Assembly: GCA_944321745.1 (NCBI GenBank)
Contig: CALUML010000001.1
Location: forward strand, 2,576 to 66,575
Direction: 5' to 3'
Length of the DNA: 64,000 nt
From: an uncultured Bacteroidales bacterium
GTDB taxonomy: Bacteria > Bacteroidota > Bacteroidia > Bacteroidales > Paludibacteraceae
The notes below the pieces were generated by a model. It had not been told where the DNA came from. It saw only the letters and a program-made list of their open reading frames with translations, and made no database searches. The position numbers were made by a program, and so were the translations under genes. Shown piece after piece: positions 1 through 10,476 of the stretch; within the stretch, counting starts at the first letter, position 1; the number at the start of each line of letters is the position of its first letter.

Positions 1-1014
1 AGCTACCTGCAAACCGACTGGTACATCGACCAGATGAAGCGCGAAGCCTACGAGTCGGCCCCGCTGCCCATCTCGTGGGAGCCGCAGGACTACATCACCG
101 GCAAGAGCGACGTGGCCTACGTGCAGGAGGTGGTGAAGCAGCCCCTCGATGTGCAGACGGTATATAACTTCATCCGCGACGAGGAATTGCAAAGCCGCTA
201 CGACGGCGTGTCCATCATCCCCACCAAGCACCTGTACATCCCCGTGGATGCCGACCAGGTGGTGAAGACGGGCACCGTGCCGGAAGAACGCCGGGCCGAC
301 ATCGTGCCGCGCCTGGACTTCGAAGTGGACCGGATGCTCAACAAGAGCGAGATGATGGTCATCGAAATGTTGAAGGAGAACCGCTGGGAACGCCCCATGT
401 ACTTTGCCGCCACCGTGGGCGACGACTATTATTTAGGATTGAAGGAAAAAGGACACTTCGAACTGACGGGGCTTGCCTACCGCATCGTGCCCGTGAAGTC
501 GGAGACGGGCGTGGCCGTGGATGAGATGTACGACAACATGATGCACAAGTTCCGTTACGGCAACGTGGCCGACCCGGACATCTACATTGACGAGAACTCC
601 ATGCGCATGTGCCGCACGCACCGCCTCATGTTCAACGAACTGGTGCAGGCGTTGCTCCAGACGGGCGACACCGTGCGTGCCCGCCAGGCGTTGGACTACT
701 GCGAGGAAGTGCTGCCGGGAACGACCGTGCCTTACGACTACACGGCCACCTTCACGGCTGATTACTACTACCAGCTGGGCGACATGGAGCACGGCGACCT
801 CATCACCGACACCGTGGCCGCCACCTGTGTGGAATACCTTGACTGGTTCTTCGGACTCGCCCCTGCCCGGCAGGCGCAGGCGAAAGGCTCCATCGGGCGG
901 CAGTTCGCCGAATTCAACCACGTGCTCCGCATCTGCCAGGACAACAACCGCACGGCCTTGCTGGATAAATACTATCCGAAGTACGCGGAATACAGCAAGA
1001 AGATGGGATACTGA
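1..1014 (+). CDS. DUF2723-like membrane glycosyltransferase-family protein, C-terminal part (5' end outside the window)
   Basis: Frame is open from base 1 (SYLQTDWYIDQMKREAYES...). The motifs 'W.RP.YFA.TV' and 'MY.N.M.KF.YG...Y.DEN..RM' match the Bacteroidales DUF2723 C-terminus. Confidence 0.8.
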   Translation, partial: SYLQTDWYIDQMKREAYESAPLPISWEPQDYITGKSDVAYVQEVVKQPLDVQTVYNFIRDEELQSRYDGVSIIPTKHLYIPVDADQVVKTGTVPEERRADIVPRLDFEVDRMLNKSEMMVIEMLKENRWERPMYFAATVGDDYYLGLKEKGHFELTGLAYRIVPVKSETGVAVDEMYDNMMHKFRYGNVADPDIYIDENSMRMCRTHRLMFNELVQALLQTGDTVRARQALDYCEEVLPGTTVPYDYTATFTADYYYQLGDMEHGDLITDTVAATCVEYLDWFFGLAPARQAQAKGSIGRQFAEFNHVLRICQDNNRTALLDKYYPKYAEYSKKMGY

Positions 1015-1109
1015 AACAGTGATTAACGGTTAGTGATTAGTGATTAGTGCTGCGCCGTTAATCGTTAATCACTAACCGTTAATCACTAACCGTCAATCAC
1101 TAACCGTTA
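1015..1109. repeat. Inverted pair of heptamer tandem tracts (GTGATTA/ACGGTTA, then TAATCAC/TAACCGT)
   Basis: The 7-bp periodic tract at 1015-1049 is the reverse complement of the tract at 1055-1109. Confidence 0.85.
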
Positions 1110-1116
1110 TAACGGG

Positions 1117-1722
1117 ATGTTTGCAAGGGTACCGTTCATCATACGGATGTTCTTCCGGGGCTGTACTTGGCGGCGGAAGACCAGGGAGAAGGTGATATAC
1201 CTCACTTTCGATGACGGACCCGTGCCCGAAACCACCCCCTACTTGCTCGACCTGCTGGACGAATACGGCTGGAAGGCCACTTTCTTCTGCGTGGGTGAGA
1301 ACGTGCAGCGGCATCCCGAGCTGTACCGTGAAATACTGGCACGGGGACACCGCACGGGCAACCACACCTTCAACCACTTGCGGGGCACGCACTGCGGCAT
1401 CGAGGAATACGTGGACAACGTGTACAAGGCCGCCGAATACATCGACAGTCCCCTGTTCCGTCCGCCGCACGGACGCATGAAGGCCAGGCAGCGGCGTAAG
1501 CTGCGCGAACAGTACGAAATCATCATGTGGGACGTGCTCACGCAGGACTACAACAAGCTGCTTTCGCCCGACTACATCCTGGGCAAGATCAGGCGGCTGT
1601 CGCGCAATGGCTCCATCGTGGTGTACCACGACTCGGCGAAAGCCCGCAACAACCTGCTGGCCACCCTGCCCCGCGCCATCGAGTTCTGGAACGAGCAAGG
1701 CTTCCGCAGCGGACTGCTGTAG
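1117..1722 (+). CDS. Polysaccharide deacetylase (CE4/NodB)
   Basis: LTFDDGP, GNHTFNH, FRPPHG and IVVYHD motifs. Confidence 0.93.
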   Translation: MFARVPFIIRMFFRGCTWRRKTREKVIYLTFDDGPVPETTPYLLDLLDEYGWKATFFCVGENVQRHPELYREILARGHRTGNHTFNHLRGTHCGIEEYVDNVYKAAEYIDSPLFRPPHGRMKARQRRKLREQYEIIMWDVLTQDYNKLLSPDYILGKIRRLSRNGSIVVYHDSAKARNNLLATLPRAIEFWNEQGFRSGLL

Positions 1723-1745
1723 AGACGCAGTGTGCCGGTCTCTAC
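1719..1745. repeat. GTAG-type REP palindrome (GTAGAGAC-N-GTCTCTAC)
   Basis: gtagagacgcagtgtgccggtctctac; similar copies at 53946 and 54052. Confidence 0.75.
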
Positions 1746-1755
1746 AGCCCGCCCG

Positions 1756-1789
1756 TCATTGTTCATTATTAACTGTTCATTATTCATTG
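1756..1789. repeat. Heptamer tandem tract (TTCATTG/TTCATTA)
   Basis: tcattgttcattattaactgttcattattcattg; same unit as at 51073-51354. Confidence 0.7.
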
Positions 1790-1791
1790 CT

Positions 1792-2061
1792 ATGAACTTC
1801 TTCAAACTGTACAAACCCAAGACGTACAACTACCGGTACATCTACTACGACCCCAAGAAGGAGGCGCAAAAGGAGCGGGAGGAAAAATACGCCTCCAAGG
1901 ACGGTAACGAGGAATACAAACCCTCCATCAAGCGCGGTTCGTTCCGTGCGGAGTTGGACCGGCGCAACAAGACCTACCGCGACAACGCCCGCCAAGCCAA
2001 CATCCGCCTGATAATCATCATCGGCGTGCTGCTGCTTATCGGGTATTATCTGTTAAAATAA
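1792..2061 (+). CDS. Conserved small Bacteroidota protein with a C-terminal TM helix
   Basis: MNFFKLYKPKTYNYRYIYYDPKKE... ending in a hydrophobic tail; ATG 1792 lies just after the repeat tract. Confidence 0.8.
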   Translation: MNFFKLYKPKTYNYRYIYYDPKKEAQKEREEKYASKDGNEEYKPSIKRGSFRAELDRRNKTYRDNARQANIRLIIIIGVLLLIGYYLLK

Positions 2062-2065
2062 ACAT

Positions 2066-2132
2066 CCCGGTTTCCCGGTTTCACAATTCCCCGTTTCAGC
2101 GATTCAGCGATTCAACGATTCAGCAATTCCCC
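2066..2132. repeat. Octamer tandem tract (CCCGGTTT/CAGCGATT)
   Basis: About 8 degenerate 8-bp units immediately before the mutL ATG. Confidence 0.75.
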
Positions 2133-3989
2133 ATGAGCGATATCATCCACCTGCTGCCCGACTCCGTGGCCAACCAGATAGCCGCCGGAGAAGTCATCCA
2201 ACGCCCGGCATCCGTGCTGAAGGAATTGGTGGAGAACGCCATCGACGCCGAGGCCACCCATGTACAGATACTCGTCAAGGATGCCGGGCGCACGCTTATC
2301 CAAATCGTGGACGATGGCAAGGGCATGAGCGCGACCGATGCGCGCATGGCATTCGAACGGCACGCCACCTCCAAGATATCGGACGCGGCCGACCTTTTCG
2401 CCCTGCACACCATGGGCTTCCGGGGCGAGGCGTTGGCCTCCATCGCCGCCGTGGCTCAGGTGGAAGTGCGCACCCGCCCCGCCGCCGACGAGCTGGGCAC
2501 GCGCATCGAGATAGCCGGGTCGCGCGTTTTTGCCCAGGAGAGCGTGCAATGCCCCGCAGGCACGTGCTTCCTGGTGAAGAACCTCTTTTTCAACGTGCCC
2601 GCACGCCGCCGCTTCCTCAAGTCGGACAACGTGGAGAAGACGCACCTGCTCAATGAGTTCTACCGCATCGCGCTGGTCAACCCCCGTATCGCCTTCACCT
2701 TCATCGACGGCGACGAGGAATTGTTCCGCCTCGAACCTTCCAACGTCAAGGTGCGCATAGAAAGCATCTTCGGCAAAGCCTCCCGGAAACGCTGGGAACA
2801 GCAGCTCCTGCCCGTGGAGACCGAGACCGGCCTGGCCCGCATATATGGTTACATTGGCAAGCCGGAATACGCCCAGAAGTCTGCCAACCAGTACTTCTTC
2901 GCCAACGGACGCTACATGCGCCACCCCTACTTCCACAAGGCCGTGATGGCCGCCTACGACCGGATGCTGCCCTCCGGAGCCAACCCCAACTACTTCATCT
3001 ACTTCGAGGTGAACCCGGCCGCCATCGACATCAACATCCACCCCACGAAGACCGAAATCAAGTTCGAGCACGAGCACGCCCTGTGGCCCATCCTGTCGGC
3101 TGCCGTCAAGGAGACGCTTGGCAAGTTCAATGTGGTGCCCTCCATCGACTTCGACACCGAAGGCGCGCCCGACATGCCCGTGATGCACCCCAGCACGGCC
3201 ATCCGCCCCCCGCAGACCACCTTCAACCCCGCCTACAACCCCTTTGCCCGCACCCCGTCGGCGCGCGGCAGCCGCCCCACGCTGGCGCAGGATTGGGAGA
3301 AACTCTACGCCGGGTTTGAACGCGCTGCCACCCCGGCAAGCACGGACGAGGCCACGCCGCCCGAGGGCGAAACCCTCGAAAGCTCCCTTGCCTTCGCCCC
3401 CCCGGCCGCAGACGGGAAGCCGGAAGGCGCGAGCACGAAAAACCTGCAACTGCGCCACCGCTACATACTGACCGGCATCAAGTCGGGCCTGCTCGTGGTG
3501 GACCAGCAGCGGGCGCACATGCGCATCCTGTACGACCGCTACATGGCGCAACTGGAGCAGCAGCAAGGCGCGTCGCAGCAACTGCTCTTCCCCGAAGGCC
3601 TCACCCTGACCCCCGACGAAGCCCTCACCCTGACCGAGGTCATGCCCGACCTGCGCCACGTGGGCTTCGACCTGGCCGACGAGGGCGAAGGCCGCTACCG
3701 GGTCAACGGCATCCCCGCCCAGCTGGAAGCCGTGAGCGCGTCCGGACTGCTGCATCACGTGCTGGCCGACGCCCGCGCCGCCCTGGCCGACCCCGCCCGC
3801 CGCATACGCGAGTCCATCGCCGCCTCGCTCGCCACCGCCGACAGCCTCAAGCCCGGCCAACCCCTCACCAATGAGGAAATGAGCGACCTCATCGACCGAC
3901 TTTTCGCCTCGTCCAACCCCAACTATGCCCCCGACGGCAGGAAAATCGTCGCCACCCTGCCATTCGAAGAATTGGAACGGCTATTCTAA
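2133..3989 (+). CDS. mutL: DNA mismatch repair endonuclease MutL
   Basis: NQIAAGEVIQRPASVLKELVEN, GFRGEAL, DINIHPTKTE and DQQRAHMRILY motifs. Confidence 0.97.
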   Translation: MSDIIHLLPDSVANQIAAGEVIQRPASVLKELVENAIDAEATHVQILVKDAGRTLIQIVDDGKGMSATDARMAFERHATSKISDAADLFALHTMGFRGEALASIAAVAQVEVRTRPAADELGTRIEIAGSRVFAQESVQCPAGTCFLVKNLFFNVPARRRFLKSDNVEKTHLLNEFYRIALVNPRIAFTFIDGDEELFRLEPSNVKVRIESIFGKASRKRWEQQLLPVETETGLARIYGYIGKPEYAQKSANQYFFANGRYMRHPYFHKAVMAAYDRMLPSGANPNYFIYFEVNPAAIDINIHPTKTEIKFEHEHALWPILSAAVKETLGKFNVVPSIDFDTEGAPDMPVMHPSTAIRPPQTTFNPAYNPFARTPSARGSRPTLAQDWEKLYAGFERAATPASTDEATPPEGETLESSLAFAPPAADGKPEGASTKNLQLRHRYILTGIKSGLLVVDQQRAHMRILYDRYMAQLEQQQGASQQLLFPEGLTLTPDEALTLTEVMPDLRHVGFDLADEGEGRYRVNGIPAQLEAVSASGLLHHVLADARAALADPARRIRESIAASLATADSLKPGQPLTNEEMSDLIDRLFASSNPNYAPDGRKIVATLPFEELERLF

Positions 3990-4148
3990 AATTCCCCATC
4001 ACCCCCACTCTCCAATGCGGTCCGGCACGGGCGACGGACGGGACAAAAGTACCTCCGAGGGCGAAAACATGTTGTAAAACATATTTCCCGTGCTTCGTTT
4101 CTTGCACTTTTTAAACCTTGTACTGTTAACGGAAGCAGCAAAAAGTGG

Positions 4149-4156
4149 TAACTTTG
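4149..4156 (+). promoter_or_regulatory. Bacteroidota -7 promoter element (TAACTTTG) for the MFS gene
   Basis: Matches TAnnTTTG about 60 nt upstream of ATG 4218. Confidence 0.6.
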
Positions 4157-4217
4157 CCCGTCAAAAATCGTAGGACTATCATTTATTATAATAATTCATT
4201 TAAAACAATTAACAACA

Positions 4218-5483
4218 ATGGACACACAAAAGAAAAACTACACGCTGCCCATCATCATGATGATAGCCTTGTTCGCCATGATTTCGTTCGTGACGGGCTT
4301 GGCCAACCCGATGGGCGTAATCGTTAAAAACCAGTTCGGTGCGACGAACTTCATGTCGCAGCTGGGCACACTGGCCAACTTCATCGCCTACGCCTTCATG
4401 GGCGTGCCCGCCGGACTGATGTTGCAGAAAATCGGCTACAAGAAGACGGCCTTGGCCGCCGTGGCCATCGGCTTCATCGGGGTGGGCATCCAGTACCTGT
4501 CGGGCGTGGCCGAAAGCTTCTACGTGTACCTGCTCGGCGCGTTCGTGGCGGGCTTCTCCATGTGCATGCTCAACACGGTGGTGAACCCCATGCTCAACAC
4601 CCTGGGCGGTGGCGGCAAGAAGGGCAACCAGCTCATCCAGATTGGCGGCACGTTCAATTCGCTGATGGCCACCATCATCCCCGTATTGGTAGGTTACCTG
4701 ATGGGCGATGTGGCGCAGGCCACCATCAAGGATGCCAACCCGGCCATGTTCATCGCCATGGGCATCTTCGCGCTGGTATTCATCGTGCTGATGTTCGTCA
4801 ACATTCCCGAACCGGATGCCGCCACCGAGGGCGAAAAGCTGTCCTACCGCACGCTGTTCAAGTTCCGCCACTACGTGCTGGGCATCATCGCCATCTTCAT
4901 CTACGTAGGCGTGGAAGTGGGCATCCCCAACATCATGAACCTGTTCCTGACGCACCAGGACGTGGGCATGGAAGCCGCCGCGGCGGGTGCCATCGTGGGC
5001 ACGTACTGGTTCCTCATGCTTGTAGGCCGCTTCGTGGGCGGTGCCATCGGCGGCAAGGTATCGAGCAAGACGATGCTCGCCGTGACCTCGCTGTGCGGGC
5101 TGGTATTCGTGGCCGTTGCCATCTTCGCCTCCCCCACGACCACGGTCAACATGCCGGTGTTCAAGTCCGACATCTCCTTCGGCCTCACGGAAGCGCCCAT
5201 CAACGTCCTCTTCCTCGTACTGTGCGGCTTGTGTACCTCGGTGATGTGGGGCAGCATCTTCAACCTGGCCGTGGAAGGCATAGGGAAGTACGTGACCCTG
5301 GGTTCGGGTTTCTTCATGGTGATGGTGTGCGGCGGCGGCATCCTGCCTACCATCCAGGGCGCGATAGCCGACGCTTCGACCTACATGACGAGCTACTGGA
5401 TTATCTTCGCCGGGCTGGCCTACCTGCTGTATTACGCCGCCATCGGTTGCAAGAACGTGAACAAGGACATCAAGGTGGATTAA
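4218..5483 (+). CDS. MFS sugar transporter (FucP/GluP/NagP-like)
   Basis: About 12 TM helices; NP and 'IFIYVGVEVGI' motifs of the fucose/glucose-galactose permease family. Confidence 0.88.
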   Translation: MDTQKKNYTLPIIMMIALFAMISFVTGLANPMGVIVKNQFGATNFMSQLGTLANFIAYAFMGVPAGLMLQKIGYKKTALAAVAIGFIGVGIQYLSGVAESFYVYLLGAFVAGFSMCMLNTVVNPMLNTLGGGGKKGNQLIQIGGTFNSLMATIIPVLVGYLMGDVAQATIKDANPAMFIAMGIFALVFIVLMFVNIPEPDAATEGEKLSYRTLFKFRHYVLGIIAIFIYVGVEVGIPNIMNLFLTHQDVGMEAAAAGAIVGTYWFLMLVGRFVGGAIGGKVSSKTMLAVTSLCGLVFVAVAIFASPTTTVNMPVFKSDISFGLTEAPINVLFLVLCGLCTSVMWGSIFNLAVEGIGKYVTLGSGFFMVMVCGGGILPTIQGAIADASTYMTSYWIIFAGLAYLLYYAAIGCKNVNKDIKVD

Positions 5484-5512
5484 GCTGGGAATTTCAAGTT
5501 TCACATAATTGG

Positions 5513-5541
5513 GGCTGCCTCCGATTGGGGGCAGCCTTTTT
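5513..5541 (+). terminator. Intrinsic terminator
   Basis: GGCTGCCTCC-gatt-GGGGGCAGCC stem followed by a T-tract. Confidence 0.8.
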
Positions 5542-5547
5542 ATTATA

Positions 5548-5735
5548 GGTACGCAAAGACGCGGGGTATTGGTACGCAAAGACGCGAAGACGCGAAGATT
5601 TAAAGGAAATGACCTTCCGCGTTTATCCGTTTAATCCGGCGTTATCCGTGTTCCGAGCCTGGGCCGCGAGGGGGCAAAAGAAAACGGATAAGCACGGGCG
5701 GGAACGTTTGCTCCCGAAGCCGTGCTTATCCGTTT
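5548..5735. repeat. Nonamer-type tracts (ACGCAAAGACGCG; TTATCCGT) and a long hairpin at 5682-5734
   Basis: ggtacgcaaagacgcg occurs twice; aaacggataagcacgg...ccgtgcttatccgttt is an inverted pair. Confidence 0.7.
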
Positions 5736-5762
5736 CTTCTATGCGGCGCGTGGGCAGTTGCT

Positions 5763-7895
<2,133 letters not shown>

Positions 7896-7912
7896 ATTAT
7901 TGGTTATTTCGT

Positions 7913-8803
7913 TCATTTCCACACTACAGTCCATCCATAATCGACGTAACGCCAAGACACCTCGTTGTACTCGTCTACCTCGACCAGCAAAAAACCTTCT
8001 TCGGTAGTGAGCAAAGGGCCTTTCCACCAGTCAGCCGACACGGCTCCCGCCGTGACGAACCACAGGTCGCGTTCGTAAATCTGCTCATAAAGATGCTGAT
8101 GTCCTTGCAACACAAGCCGCGTGTCGTACTGTTTCAGCAAATCGACCACTGCCTTTGAGTTGTACACCATGTCCCACGCCTTCATCGTGCCATCCACTAC
8201 AGGATAGTAGAGCGACAATAGCGGCACATGAGTGGAGAGGATAACCGGTATCTCCCCACCAACCTGCTCCAAGTCGGCTTGTAACCAAGCCAGCTGCTCA
8301 TCGTCCACCCAATAGGGCTTGCCTTGCGCCGGATGCAAGGCGTTCAGCACCACGAAATGAACGCCTTGCCGGGTAAACGAGTAGCAGGTCGCACCGTAAT
8401 GCTTCTCAAACATGCGGAAGCCAAGCGTGTCCCGCTGCCCGTCGCATTCATAAAAACGGTCATGGTTGCCCATTGTGAAGTAGGCCGGGATGCCGCTTCC
8501 GTCTACTATTCGTTTGAAGCGGGCATGGAGGCTGTCGGCCTGTGCCTCGTCCTTCATTCGGTCGGTTTCCGCGTTGTCTCCACCAAACAGCACAAACTCC
8601 GCCCCCAAGTCGGCTGCCGTGGTAAGGGCTTTTTGCAATCCCTCATCGCCATTCCCCCGATTATGTTGGTTCAGATGCACGTCCGTCAGGTATGCAAATC
8701 TTAATTTTACATCCGCAGGCTTCTGCTTCTGTGCATTTCCGCACGAGGCAAAGAGGTATAATGCACACAGAACCACTACTGTCATGTTGAAAGGTTGTTT
8801 CAT
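7913..8803 (-). CDS. Calcineurin-like metallophosphoesterase lipoprotein
   Basis: TDVH, GGD, GNHD, THVP and GHQH motifs; lipobox FASC. Confidence 0.88.
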   Translation of the reverse strand: MKQPFNMTVVVLCALYLFASCGNAQKQKPADVKLRFAYLTDVHLNQHNRGNGDEGLQKALTTAADLGAEFVLFGGDNAETDRMKDEAQADSLHARFKRIVDGSGIPAYFTMGNHDRFYECDGQRDTLGFRMFEKHYGATCYSFTRQGVHFVVLNALHPAQGKPYWVDDEQLAWLQADLEQVGGEIPVILSTHVPLLSLYYPVVDGTMKAWDMVYNSKAVVDLLKQYDTRLVLQGHQHLYEQIYERDLWFVTAGAVSADWWKGPLLTTEEGFLLVEVDEYNEVSWRYVDYGWTVVWK

Positions 8804-8808
8804 ATTTT

Positions 8809-8836
8809 CAGTTACGAGTTACAAGTTACAAGTTGC
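8809..8836. repeat. Heptamer tract (AGTTACA)
   Basis: agttacgagttacaagttacaagttgc. Confidence 0.7.
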
Positions 8837-8847
8837 GCAAGCCCCCT

Positions 8848-10386
8848 TTAAGGGGTTAGGGGGTCGTCCGCCACTGGCTTCAGCTGGAATTCCCGCTCCG
8901 CCACGTCGAGCATGTACTGGCGGGCGGCTTCGTATTCGTTGGGGATGACCCCGTCGAGGATGGCATCCTTGATACGCATCTTGATGTCGCCCACCGTGGA
9001 GCAGGCGGGCAGGTTGAACGTGCGCATGATTTCATCGCCTTTGACGGGCGGCTGGAAGTTGCGGATGCGGTCTTTTTCCTCCAGCTCCTTCAGCTTTTGG
9101 CGCACTATCTGGAAGTTCTGCTTGAAGCGGCGCACCTTCTCCACATTCTTCGAGGTGATGTCGGCCTCGCACAACAGCATGAGGTCGTCGATGTCGTCGC
9201 CCGCGTCGAACAGCAGCCGTCGCACCGCCGAGTCGGTTACCGCGTCCTCGCTCAGCGCAATGGGGCGCATGTGGAGCGACACCAGCTTCTGCACGTACTT
9301 CATCTTCTCGTTCATAGGCAGCTTCATGCGGCGGAAGATGTCGGGTATCATCTTCATGCCCACGAAGTCGTGGTTGTGGAACGTCCAACCCAGCCGCCGG
9401 TCATACCGCTTCGAGCGGGGTTTGCCGATGTCGTGCAGCAGGGCTGCCCAACGCAGCCACAGATTGTCGCTCGTGCGGCTCAGGTTGTCGAGCACGAGCA
9501 GCGTGTGGCGGAAATTGTCCTTGTGGCCGATTCCTTCCTTCGTTTCCACTCCCTTCAAGGCCGCCAGCTCGGGGAATATCAATTCCAGCAGTCCCGTCTT
9601 GTCCAGCAGGAGCAGCCCCACCGAGGGACGGGGCGAAAGGATGATTTTGTTCAATTCGTCGGCGATGCGTTCCCGCGAGATGATGCCGATGCGCTCCCTA
9701 TTCCGTGCGATGGCATCGAACGTGTTCACTTCGAGGAAGAAGCCCAGTTGCGAGGCGAAGCGTATGCCGCGCATCATGCGGAGCGGGTCGTCCGAGAAGG
9801 TGATGTCCGGGTCGAGGGGCGTGCGGATGACGAGGTTCTCCAAGTCGTTCATGCCGCCGAAGGGGTCTACCAGTTCGCCGAAGCGCGCCCGGTTGAGGCA
9901 CAAGGCGAGGGCGTTGATGGTGAAGTCGCGGCGGTTTTGGTCGTCCTCCAGCGTGCCGTCCTCCACGATGGGTTTGCGCGAATCGTGGCGGTACGACTCG
10001 CGCCGCGCTCCCACGAACTCCACCTCCACATCGCCCGACTTGACCTGCGCTGTGCCGAAGTTCTTGAACACGGCCAACGTGGCCTTGCGCCCCAGCCGTT
10101 TCGCCACTGCCTCGGCCATGGCGATGCCGCTGCCCACCACCACCACGTCGATGTCCTTCGACGGGCGGTGCAGGAACAGGTCGCGCACGTATCCGCCTAT
10201 CACGTAGCACTCCACACCCTGTGCATCGGCAATTTCGGAGATGAGGCGGAAGATGGGAGCCGACAAGGCCGAAGCCCCCGAAGCCCCCTCAACTCCTACT
10301 GCCCCCTCAACTCCCCCCGAGGGGGAGCTTGGATTAGTCTTGCTATCTATTATACTACTATTATATGTATCGTTGTTACTTGTCAT
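8848..10386 (-). CDS. cca: CCA-adding tRNA nucleotidyltransferase with HD domain
   Basis: GGYVRD, DIDVV, RRDFTINA, DDPLRMMR and LLHDIGKP motifs. Confidence 0.93.
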   Translation of the reverse strand: MTSNNDTYNSSIIDSKTNPSSPSGGVEGAVGVEGASGASALSAPIFRLISEIADAQGVECYVIGGYVRDLFLHRPSKDIDVVVVGSGIAMAEAVAKRLGRKATLAVFKNFGTAQVKSGDVEVEFVGARRESYRHDSRKPIVEDGTLEDDQNRRDFTINALALCLNRARFGELVDPFGGMNDLENLVIRTPLDPDITFSDDPLRMMRGIRFASQLGFFLEVNTFDAIARNRERIGIISRERIADELNKIILSPRPSVGLLLLDKTGLLELIFPELAALKGVETKEGIGHKDNFRHTLLVLDNLSRTSDNLWLRWAALLHDIGKPRSKRYDRRLGWTFHNHDFVGMKMIPDIFRRMKLPMNEKMKYVQKLVSLHMRPIALSEDAVTDSAVRRLLFDAGDDIDDLMLLCEADITSKNVEKVRRFKQNFQIVRQKLKELEEKDRIRNFQPPVKGDEIMRTFNLPACSTVGDIKMRIKDAILDGVIPNEYEAARQYMLDVAEREFQLKPVADDPLTP

Positions 10387-10476
10387 GCTTTTTACGCTTT
10401 ATCGTTTGTCTCTTCTTGGCTATCCAAAGCTCCCCCTTGGGGGGAGTTGAGGGGGCCGAGGGAGTTTGAGGGGGCT
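10274..10476. repeat. Inverted pair of CCCCCTCAACTCCCCC-N-GGGGGAG palindromic elements inside two adjacent CDSs
   Basis: 10301-10334 is the near-exact reverse complement of about 10422-10456. Confidence 0.8.

Noticed and set aside
2112-3860. Long antisense or alternative-frame ORFs (e.g. 2112-3860, 9097-10506, 16563-18272, 47843-49921)
   Set aside because: Shadow ORFs of GC-rich genes with clear homology on the other strand; they show no protein motifs.
4044-4051. Minus-strand TACTTTTG pointing into the mutL 3' end
   Set aside because: No well-spaced -33 element and no terminator, so an antisense RNA is unsupported.
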